A stretch of DNA of 64,000 nt from an uncultured delta proteobacterium (GTDB lineage Bacteria > Myxococcota_A > Polyangia > Haliangiales > Haliangiaceae), in contig CAWKDB010000002.1 in NCBI GenBank assembly GCA_963848295.1, forward strand, positions 992,001 through 1,056,000, written 5' to 3'. The notes beneath the pieces are model-generated. The model was not told the DNA's origin and did no database searches. It was given only the letters and a program-made list of their open reading frames with translations. The position numbers and the translations under genes were made by a program. Positions 24,093 to 32,107 of this stretch are shown in pieces. Within the stretch, counting starts at the first letter, position 1; every line of letters starts with the position of its first letter.

Positions 24093-25496
24093 TCACAACC
24101 GCAAGGTCGCGTTGAGCACGATCCGATCGTCGCTCCGCACGAGATCGGGCGTGAACATCGCCTGCGCGGCCGCATCGACGGGAGGCAGCCCGTTCGGACC
24201 AGTGATCCCACCATGGCCGCTGAAGAACGGTTGGTTCGCGCCGCGGTGCGAGTACTCGAGCCGGGTGAGCAACCACGGGCTCGGCCAGTAGTCGAGCGTG
24301 ACCGACGCGCCGCCGACCACGAGCTTGCCGGTGTCGGGCCACGTGTAGGGCGAGCCGACCGGGAACTTCGACGTGATCGCCTGCGTCTGGTCCGCGTAGA
24401 AGTCGAGCCGCAGGCCCGTCTTCCACCGCGCCGACCACTCGATGTGATGGGCGAGCGATATCCCGCCCATCCAGCCTGACGGCGCGTTGCCGCGATGCTC
24501 GTGCCCGGCGTCCGCGACGATCGAGAACGCGAGCGATCGCAGGTAGCACGAGCTCGCGTTCTTGTAGTAGCGGACCTGAAGGTTGTTGTCGGTGTACAGC
24601 CGCAGCGAGTCCGGATCGCCTTCGGCTTCGCGGCCCGCGTAGAACGAGTTGACGAGCGACAGCCACTCGCGCGGACGCCAGTTCCACAGGTAGCCGCCGG
24701 CGCGCGTCTCGTGCCACTCGCCGAACGTCTGCCAGCCGTTGACCAGCCACAGCTCGAGCTTCATCCGCTCGGTGAGCAGCAGCTGGCCGCGAAGCCCGAA
24801 GAAGTAGTACGGCGTGAAGTCCGACATGAACGCGTGGTTGTAGGCCCAGTTCTCCTCGGGCAAGTAGCTCTCGAGCCCGACGTACGACGGGAAGATGCCG
24901 ACCTCGACGTTGATCCCGTGCAGCCGGTGAAAGTGCCAGCCGACCGCGGCCTGCTGGACGTTCTGCAGCAACCGGTTCGTCAGGTAGAATCCGCGCGTCG
25001 TCGTCGTGTCCTGGCCCGCGATGGTCTCGACCGTCGAGCCGTACTGGATGTAGAGCCGGCCGATCGGACCGTCGAGCCCGGTGACGTCGATGCCGAGGTG
25101 CGCGAGGTTGAGCGAGATCTCGTTGTGGCGTGGCGCGGTCGTCGTCGGAAACACCGTGTGATCGATCGGCTCGTGGAACTGCCACTCGTAGTACGTGTCG
25201 ATGTAGAGCGAGAACGTCACCGGCCCGTTCTTCAACAGCGATGCGGGCTGCGGGTTGTTGCCGTTCATCCACCCGAAGTCGAATTCGCCGAACGTCGGCT
25301 CCTTCTCGTCGAGCGGCGGCTCGTGGGGCGGCGCGCTCGGCGGCGCGGGCGGGACGCGCGCCTCGAGATCGGTGAGTCGCTGCTCGATCGTAGGGGGCGG
25401 CGCGGCCGAGCCAGAGCCAGGTCCGTCGTCAGCGAGCGCGGCGTACGGCGCGGCGGCGATTCCGAACGCGAGCGCGACGAGTGCGAACCGGACCAT
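24093..25496 (-). CDS. Outer-membrane beta-barrel porin (BBP2/OmpL-like), intact paralog
   Basis: Signal peptide MVRFALVALAFGIAAAPYAALA; GIFPSYVGLESY..NWAY..FMSDFTPYYFFG, LELWLVNGWQ. Confidence 0.85.
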   Translation of the reverse strand: MVRFALVALAFGIAAAPYAALADDGPGSGSAAPPPTIEQRLTDLEARVPPAPPSAPPHEPPLDEKEPTFGEFDFGWMNGNNPQPASLLKNGPVTFSLYIDTYYEWQFHEPIDHTVFPTTTAPRHNEISLNLAHLGIDVTGLDGPIGRLYIQYGSTVETIAGQDTTTTRGFYLTNRLLQNVQQAAVGWHFHRLHGINVEVGIFPSYVGLESYLPEENWAYNHAFMSDFTPYYFFGLRGQLLLTERMKLELWLVNGWQTFGEWHETRAGGYLWNWRPREWLSLVNSFYAGREAEGDPDSLRLYTDNNLQVRYYKNASSCYLRSLAFSIVADAGHEHRGNAPSGWMGGISLAHHIEWSARWKTGLRLDFYADQTQAITSKFPVGSPYTWPDTGKLVVGGASVTLDYWPSPWLLTRLEYSHRGANQPFFSGHGGITGPNGLPPVDAAAQAMFTPDLVRSDDRIVLNATLRL

Positions 25497-25631
25497 AACG
25501 GCGAGCCGCCATTCTGTACGCGTTGCGGCGATGGCGCGCAAGGGCTCCGTCTGACGTGCGTTCAGCGACGTTTGCCGACGCGATCTCGTCGTGATACCTA
25601 GGGATGCCGTCTTGGGGCGCGTTGCGAACGA

Positions 25632-27596
25632 ATGACCGACCCCGCCGCTTCGACGACGAACGCCTCCGGCTCTAACCACACGCACGGCACCGGCGCGCAC
25701 GCCGCGGTGCACGATGGTAAGGAGCTCGCGTGGCTGTCGCTCGGCGCGCTCGGGGTCGTCTACGGCGACATCGGGACCTCGCCGCTCTACGCGATGCGCG
25801 AGTGCATGACCCATTCGTCGCAGGTCGGCCCCGAGCCCGCGAACGTGATGGGCCTGCTGTCGCTCGTGTTCTGGGCGCTGACGCTCGTCGTCGTCATCAA
25901 GTACCTCGTGTTCATCATGCGCGCCGACAACAAGGGCGAAGGCGGGATCCTCGCCCTCGCCGCGCTCGTCGCCCGCAAGGAACCGAAGGCGTCCGATGGC
26001 GGCAGGCGCGCGACCCGGCTCGCCGTCCCGATCTTGCTGGCGCTGTTCGGCGCGGGCCTGCTCTACGGCGATGGCGTGATCACGCCGGCGGTCTCGGTGC
26101 TCGGCGCGATCGAGGGCATGAGCGAGCAGAGCCCGCGGTTCGCGACGCTGATCGTGCCGTTCTCGGTCGCGATCCTCGTCGGCCTGTTCTGGGTCCAGCG
26201 CTGGGGCACCGCGCGGATCGGCTCGGTGTTCGGCTGGATCATGCTCGCGTGGTTTCTCGCGATCGGCGCGGCCGGCGTGCCGTTCATCATCCGCAACCCC
26301 GGCGTGCTCGCGGCGGTCAGTCCGCACTACGCGGTCGAATTCCTCGTCGATCACGGCATGGTCGGCTTCTTGTTGCTCGGCTCGGTCGTGTTGTGCGTCA
26401 CCGGCGCCGAAGCGCTGTACGCCGACATGGGCCACTTCGGCCGCAAGCCGATCCGGCTCGCGTGGTTCGTGGTCGTGTTTCCCGGGCTATTGCTCAACTA
26501 CTTCGGTCAAGGCGCGCTGTACCTCGAGCGCGGCGCCGCGGTGTCCAACCCGTTCTACGAGCTGGTGAGCGGTGGCCCGTTCCTCGTCCCGATGATCGTG
26601 CTCGCGACCGCCGCGGCGGTGATCGCATCGCAAGCGCTGATCTCCGGCGCGTTCTCGCTGACCAACCAGGCGGTCCAGCTCGGCTACGTGCCGCGCGTCA
26701 CCGTGATCCACACCTCGCACAAGGCGGAGGGCCAGATCTACATCCCCGAGGTCAACTACTTGTTGATGCTCGCGTGCGTCGCGCTCGTGCTGTCGTTCAA
26801 GAGCAGCGCGAGCCTCGCCGCCGCGTACGGCATCGCGGTGACCGGCACGATGGCGATCACGTCGTACCTGTACATGCTCGTGTGCCGGCGCAACTGGGGT
26901 TACTCGTGGGGCGCGGCGCTCGCGCTGTTCATCCCGTTCGTGACGATCGATCTCGCGTTCTTCACGGCCAACCTCGACAAGATCGCCGCCGGTGGCTGGT
27001 TTCCGCTCGCGGTCGGCGTCGGGGTCTTCGCGATCATGACGACGTGGTGGCGCGGCCGGCACGAGCTGGCGAGGATCATGGAATCCGGGTTGATGCCGGA
27101 CGACCTGTTCCTCGCCGATATCGCGATGACGCCGCTGCCGCGCGTGCAAGGCACCGCGGTGTTCATGGCGTCCGGCACCGACGGCATGCCGAACGTGCTG
27201 CTCCACCACGTCAAGCACAACAAGGTCCTGCACCAGCAAGTCGTGCTGCTGTCGATCGTCACCGAGACCATGCCGTTCGTGGTGGGCACGTCATCGCTCG
27301 TGGTCAAGGAGCTCGGCAACGGGTTCTATCGAGTCATCGCGCGCGTCGGCTTCATGCAGCAGCCGAACGTGCCGCGCCTGCTCGCGCGCTGCGCGAAGAC
27401 CGGCCTGATCGTCAGCGAGGCCGATACGACCTACTACCTCGGTCGCCAGACCCTGCTGACCACCGGCAAGTCCCGGATGGCCAAGTGGCGCAAGATGACG
27501 TTCTCGTTCTTGTCGCGCAACTCGCGTCCGCCGACATCGTTTTTCCATCTACCTCCGAACCGCGTGGTCGAGCTCGGGCTGCAGATCGAGCTGTGA
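25632..27596 (+). CDS. kup: KUP/HAK/KT potassium transporter
   Basis: GVVYGDIGTSPLY, ADNKGEGG, GDGVITPA, GAEALYADMGHF, GQIYIPEVN, FHLPPNRVVELG. Confidence 0.97.
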   Translation: MTDPAASTTNASGSNHTHGTGAHAAVHDGKELAWLSLGALGVVYGDIGTSPLYAMRECMTHSSQVGPEPANVMGLLSLVFWALTLVVVIKYLVFIMRADNKGEGGILALAALVARKEPKASDGGRRATRLAVPILLALFGAGLLYGDGVITPAVSVLGAIEGMSEQSPRFATLIVPFSVAILVGLFWVQRWGTARIGSVFGWIMLAWFLAIGAAGVPFIIRNPGVLAAVSPHYAVEFLVDHGMVGFLLLGSVVLCVTGAEALYADMGHFGRKPIRLAWFVVVFPGLLLNYFGQGALYLERGAAVSNPFYELVSGGPFLVPMIVLATAAAVIASQALISGAFSLTNQAVQLGYVPRVTVIHTSHKAEGQIYIPEVNYLLMLACVALVLSFKSSASLAAAYGIAVTGTMAITSYLYMLVCRRNWGYSWGAALALFIPFVTIDLAFFTANLDKIAAGGWFPLAVGVGVFAIMTTWWRGRHELARIMESGLMPDDLFLADIAMTPLPRVQGTAVFMASGTDGMPNVLLHHVKHNKVLHQQVVLLSIVTETMPFVVGTSSLVVKELGNGFYRVIARVGFMQQPNVPRLLARCAKTGLIVSEADTTYYLGRQTLLTTGKSRMAKWRKMTFSFLSRNSRPPTSFFHLPPNRVVELGLQIEL

Positions 27597-27643
27597 GCGC
27601 GACGTAAGTGGCCAGATCGGCTCGGCTCGCCGACGCCTCGGCT

Positions 27644-27661
27644 CTTTACGGTTTCTTTACG
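27644..27661 (+). promoter_or_regulatory. KdpE-box-like direct repeat
   Basis: CTTTACG-GTTT-CTTTACG with 11-bp period; resembles the E. coli KdpE site TTTATA-N5-TTTACA; 31 nt upstream of the permease ATG. Confidence 0.6.
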
Positions 27662-27692
27662 CCGACACGCATACAGCTCGAGACAGCAGCTC

Positions 27693-29720
27693 ATGCGCGC
27701 CTGGGCACAGCGGCTTCTCGGCCGTGCACGCGACCTCCGCGATCCTCACGTCTTCCACCAGATGAGCCTGGTCGCGTTCCTGGCGTGGGTCGGCCTCGGC
27801 GCGGACGGCCTCAGCTCGTCGTCGTACGGCCCCGAGGAGGCGTTCAAGGCGATCGGCTCGTGGCACCCGGAGGGATGCTACGAAAACGCCGCGATCCTCG
27901 CCAAGGACTGCCACTTCAGTCCCGACCACGCATACCTCGCGGTGTTCCTCGCCGGCGCGATCGCGGCGACCGTGTTCATCATCTCGTGGAGCTATCGCCG
28001 GATCATCGAAGAGTTCCCGCATGGCGGCGGCGGTTACATCGTCGCGAGCAAGCACCTCGGGCCGTACGTCGGCGCGCTATCGGGCTCGGCGTTGCTCGTC
28101 GACTACGTTCTGACGATCGCGATCTCGCTCGCGTCCGGCGCCGACGCGATCCTGACGTTCGTACCGAGCCTGCTGCCCTACAAGATCGAGATCGTGCTCG
28201 CACTGCTCGCGGTGCTGACGCTGATGAACCTGCGCGGCATCAAGGAGTCGGTCACGATCCTGATGCCGATCTTTCTCGCCTTCCTCGTCACTCACGCGAT
28301 CTTGATCTTCGGGGCGATCGGCACGAACCTGGACCACGCTGGCGAGATCGCGACGTCGGTCTCGGAGGGCGCGCGCAGCCATCTCAGCACCGTGGGTTTT
28401 TTGGGCGTCGCGCTCGTGTTCATGCGCGCGTTCTCGTTAGGCGGCGGCACGTTCACGGGCATCGAGGCGGTCTCGAATGGTATCGGCATCATGCGCGAGC
28501 CGCGCGTGCGCACAGCGAAGCGCACGATGCTGCTCATGGCGACATCGCTCGCGATCACCGCGAGCGGCATCCTGCTCGCGTACCTGCTGCTCCACGTCTC
28601 GCCCGAAAAGGGCAAGACGATGAACGGCCTGCTCGCCGAGAAGTTCGTCGGCGACTCGACTGCGGGGACGATCTTCATCGTGATCACGCTCGTGTCCGAA
28701 GGCGCGTTGCTGTTCGTCGCGGCGCAAGCCGGCTTCGTCGACGGTCCGCGCGTGATGGCGAACATGGCGCTCGATCAGTGGATGCCATCGCGGATGGCGG
28801 CGCTGTCCGAGCAGCTGACGATGCGCAACGGCGTCTACCTGATGGCGGCGGCCGCCGCGATCGTGCTCGCGTACACCGGAGGATCGGTCGACGCGCTCGT
28901 CGTCATGTACAGCATCAACGTGTTCATCACGTTCACGTTGTCGAACGTCGCGATGATCCGTCACGCGGCGCACGCGAAGGAAGGCAAGTGGAAGCGGGCC
29001 ATAGGCGTGCACTCGCTCGCCGCCGCGGTGTGCGCGATGATCCTGGTCGTCACGATCGTCGAGAAGTTCACCGAGGGCGGTTGGATCACGACGGTGATCA
29101 CCGCGACGCTGGTCGCCGTGTGCTTCATGATCCGCCGTCACTACAGGGCGGTCGGCGCGACGGTCGTGGCGCTGTCGAAGGAGCTCGAGCTCGGCACGCC
29201 GCCGCCCCCCGAGCTCGCGCGGAACCGAGAGCTCGACCCGAATAAGCCGACCGCGGTCGTGCTCGCGGGTGGCTACGGCGGCCTCGGCCTGCACACGCTG
29301 CTGCAGATTCCACGGGTGTTTCCCGGCCAGTTCTCGCAGGTCGTGTTCATCGCAGCAGGGGTGATCGACGCCGGCGTGTTCAAGGGCAAGGACGAGGTCG
29401 ACGCGCTCGGCGCGAAGCTCGACGGTGATCTCGACAAGTACGTCGAGTTTGCGCGCGCACACCTGGGGTGGGCCGCGGACCGCGACTCGGCGATCGGGAC
29501 CGAGGCGGTGACCGAGCTCGATCGGCTGTGCCGCGAGGTCGCGCTGCGCTTCCCGCGCTCGGTGTTCTTCGCCGGCAAGCTGATCTTCCAGGAGGAGAGC
29601 TGGTACCAGCGCTTGCTCCATAACGAGACCGCCGCGGCGGTCGAGCGCCGGCTGCAATTCGCCGGCTTGACGATGATCGTGATGCCGGTGCGGATGTTCC
29701 ACACCGCGAACCACCCTTGA
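27693..29720 (+). CDS. Second APC-fold KimA/YdaO-like permease
   Basis: GADGLSSSSYGPEE, FPHGGGGY, VDYVLT, TGIEAVSNG, GFVDGPRV; many TM segments plus a cytoplasmic C-terminal domain. Confidence 0.88.
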   Translation: MRAWAQRLLGRARDLRDPHVFHQMSLVAFLAWVGLGADGLSSSSYGPEEAFKAIGSWHPEGCYENAAILAKDCHFSPDHAYLAVFLAGAIAATVFIISWSYRRIIEEFPHGGGGYIVASKHLGPYVGALSGSALLVDYVLTIAISLASGADAILTFVPSLLPYKIEIVLALLAVLTLMNLRGIKESVTILMPIFLAFLVTHAILIFGAIGTNLDHAGEIATSVSEGARSHLSTVGFLGVALVFMRAFSLGGGTFTGIEAVSNGIGIMREPRVRTAKRTMLLMATSLAITASGILLAYLLLHVSPEKGKTMNGLLAEKFVGDSTAGTIFIVITLVSEGALLFVAAQAGFVDGPRVMANMALDQWMPSRMAALSEQLTMRNGVYLMAAAAAIVLAYTGGSVDALVVMYSINVFITFTLSNVAMIRHAAHAKEGKWKRAIGVHSLAAAVCAMILVVTIVEKFTEGGWITTVITATLVAVCFMIRRHYRAVGATVVALSKELELGTPPPPELARNRELDPNKPTAVVLAGGYGGLGLHTLLQIPRVFPGQFSQVVFIAAGVIDAGVFKGKDEVDALGAKLDGDLDKYVEFARAHLGWAADRDSAIGTEAVTELDRLCREVALRFPRSVFFAGKLIFQEESWYQRLLHNETAAAVERRLQFAGLTMIVMPVRMFHTANHP

Positions 29721-29734
29721 TCGAATCTTGATCG
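29716..29734 (+). promoter_or_regulatory. OmpR-type direct repeat (possible second KdpE site)
   Basis: CTTGATCG-AAT-CTTGATCG with 11-bp period; further CTTGACG at 29748. Confidence 0.4.
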
Positions 29735-29787
29735 TGGACCTGGCGTGCTTGACGGGAAACATGCGGGAAAACGGGTACTGATGAGGC

Positions 29788-29997
29788 GTGTCGACCGAGG
29801 ATCACGAAGCCGTTACCGAGGAACGAGCCCTCGGCTACGCGCTGACCGCTGCTGGCAGCTTGCCGGTGATCGGCTGGCTCGTGCACGGTGGTGCGGCGGG
29901 CGCCGGGATCACCTTGAGCCTCGCGATGATCGTCGCCGGCATCATCGCCCTGCGGCGCGGCCGCCGGGTCGGCATCCCGCGGGCGACCCTGCGCTAG
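29788..29997 (+). CDS. Small 2-TM membrane protein (69 aa)
   Basis: GAGG upstream; two hydrophobic segments and a basic tail; lies before kdpD'. Confidence 0.5.
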   Translation: MSTEDHEAVTEERALGYALTAAGSLPVIGWLVHGGAAGAGITLSLAMIVAGIIALRRGRRVGIPRATLR

Positions 29998-30019
29998 CCC
30001 CGAGGGCGAGTGCTCGGCC

Positions 30020-31408
30020 GTGACCACCCAGAAACGCGCTACGGTGGTCGGTGTGACCGCCACTCGCCGGTTCGTGCGCTCGTACGGGATCGCGGCGCTC
30101 GGGGTCGCGGTCGCGACGATGTGTGGCTTGGTCGCGGGCTCGCGGATCACGCTAGCCGACCAGGCGATGCTGTACCTGCCGGCGATCCTGCTCGCTGCAT
30201 TCGGCGGCCGTCGGGCGAGCTTGGCGGCCGCGGTGCTGTCGGTCGGCGCGTTCGATTTCTTCTTCGTGCCGCCGCGGTTCACGTTCGCGGTGTCCGATAC
30301 CCAGTCACTGATCACGTTCGCCGTCATGTTCGGCGTCGGCGCGGCGAGCGGCGAGCTGGTGGCGCGGCTGCGCGACGCACAACAAGCGAGCCGCGACCGC
30401 GAGCTGCGCACCGCCGCTTTGCTCGAGTTCACGCGCGATGCGGCCGCGGCGACCGAGGTCGAGGACGTCGTCGCGGTCGTGATGAGCCACCTGCGCAGCG
30501 CGCTCGCGGTCGAACCGACCGTCCGGATTCCGGACGATGTGCCGCTCGACAAGCCGCTCGCGATCACGATCGAACCGGCGCTATCGGCAGATCTTCAGCG
30601 CTTCGTGCTCGCGGTGGCCCATCAAGCTGGTGTCGCGATCGGCCGCCTCCAGCTCGCGGCGGCCGCGCGCGACGCCGCGTTGCGCGTCAAGGCCGAGGAG
30701 CTGCGCAGCGCGCTGCTGTCGACGGTGTCGCACGATCTGCGCACGCCGCTCGCCGTGATCACCGGGATGGCAACCGCGCTGCGCGACGGCAACGCGCTCG
30801 GCGACGCACTCGCCCGCGAGGCGATCGACACGATCGTCGAAGAAGCGCAACGGCTGAGCCGGATCCTGACCAATCTACTGTCGATCACGAAGGTCGAGAG
30901 CGGAGCGGCTCCGCGGCGCGAGTGGGTTCCACTCGAAGAGCTCGCGGGCACCGCGCTGCATCGGCTCGAGGCGACGCTCGCCGATCATCCGGTCGCCGTC
31001 GACATCGCGCCGACCGCGCTCGCGCACGTCGACCCGATCCTCGTCGAGCAGCTGCTGATCAACCTGCTCGAGAACGCCGCGAAGCACACGCCACCGGGCA
31101 CCGCGATCGCCGTGCGCGCGAGCCGAGACGCGACGGGGGCGACGCTCGAGGTCAACGACCGCGGGCCCGGCCTGCCGTCGGTCCCACCGGCGCAGCTCTT
31201 CGACCGGTTCTTTCGCGGCGAGCGCGCGACCGCCGCCGGGGTCGGCCTCGGGCTCGCGGTGTGTCGCGGCATCGCGATCGCCCACGGCGGCCAGATCGAA
31301 GCGGCGCCGCAAGCCGGCGGTGGTGCGGTGTTTCGCGCGCACTTTCCCGATGACGGCCTGCCGCCCGATCTGTCCGGTCCCGACGAGCCGGTCGCGGAGG
31401 CGACGTGA
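30020..31408 (+). CDS. kdpD: KdpD-type histidine kinase lacking the N-terminal KdpD/USP domains (4-TM DUF4118 + HisKA + HATPase)
   Basis: AFDFFFVPPRFTF, LRSALLSTVSHDLRTPL, EQLLINLLENAAKHT, GVGLGLAVC. Confidence 0.85.
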   Translation: MTTQKRATVVGVTATRRFVRSYGIAALGVAVATMCGLVAGSRITLADQAMLYLPAILLAAFGGRRASLAAAVLSVGAFDFFFVPPRFTFAVSDTQSLITFAVMFGVGAASGELVARLRDAQQASRDRELRTAALLEFTRDAAAATEVEDVVAVVMSHLRSALAVEPTVRIPDDVPLDKPLAITIEPALSADLQRFVLAVAHQAGVAIGRLQLAAAARDAALRVKAEELRSALLSTVSHDLRTPLAVITGMATALRDGNALGDALAREAIDTIVEEAQRLSRILTNLLSITKVESGAAPRREWVPLEELAGTALHRLEATLADHPVAVDIAPTALAHVDPILVEQLLINLLENAAKHTPPGTAIAVRASRDATGATLEVNDRGPGLPSVPPAQLFDRFFRGERATAAGVGLGLAVCRGIAIAHGGQIEAAPQAGGGAVFRAHFPDDGLPPDLSGPDEPVAEAT

Positions 31409-32100
31409 CCGCGCTCGGCGAGTGCGTGCTGGTCGTCGAGGACGAAGCGCCGATGCGCAGGTTCCTGTGTCAGGCGCTGGTCAGCCACGGCTATCGCGTC
31501 GCCGAGGCCGGCTCGCTCGCGCGCGCTCACGAGGTCGCGACCGAGACCCGGCCTGCGGCGATCCTGCTCGACCTCGGCCTGCCCGACGGCGACGGGCTCG
31601 ATCTGCTGCGCACCGTGCGCGAATGGTCGACCGCGCCGGTGATCGTGCTGTCGGCGCGCGATCGCGAAGGCGACAAGGTCACCGCGCTCGACGCCGGCGC
31701 CGACGACTATCTGACCAAGCCGTTCGGCACCAGCGAGCTCCTCGCGCGCATCCGCGTCGCGCTGCGTCGAGTCCGCGGCCAAAACAAGCCCGATGACCCC
31801 ACGATCGAGATCGGCCCGATCCGGATCGATCACGCGCGCTACGAAGTATTCGTCGACGCCAAGCCGATTCACCTCACGCCGATCGAGTTTCGCCTGCTCG
31901 CGCTGCTCGCCCGCCACGCCGGCAAGGTGCTGACCCATCGCCAGCTGTTGCAGGCGGTGTGGGGCCCGCGCAGCACGCAGCACACCCACTACCTCCGCGT
32001 GCACATGGCGGCGCTGCGCCGCAAGATCGAAGCGGATCCGGCCCGACCGCGCTGGCTGACGACCGAGGCCGGCGTCGGCTATCGCTTGCTCGACGAGTAG
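31405..32100 (+). CDS. kdpE: OmpR-family response regulator KdpE
   Basis: LLDLGLPDGDG, VREWS, DKVTALDAGADDYLTKPF, VLTHRQLLQAVWG, HYLRVHM; GTGA overlap with kinase. Confidence 0.93.
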   Translation: MTALGECVLVVEDEAPMRRFLCQALVSHGYRVAEAGSLARAHEVATETRPAAILLDLGLPDGDGLDLLRTVREWSTAPVIVLSARDREGDKVTALDAGADDYLTKPFGTSELLARIRVALRRVRGQNKPDDPTIEIGPIRIDHARYEVFVDAKPIHLTPIEFRLLALLARHAGKVLTHRQLLQAVWGPRSTQHTHYLRVHMAALRRKIEADPARPRWLTTEAGVGYRLLDE

Positions 32101-32107
32101 CGCCCGG

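Noticed and set aside
25497..25631. Possible c-di-AMP (ydaO) riboswitch upstream of kup or the KimA-like genes
   Set aside because: The gaps are short and I could not find the conserved ydaO motifs; an Infernal scan would settle it
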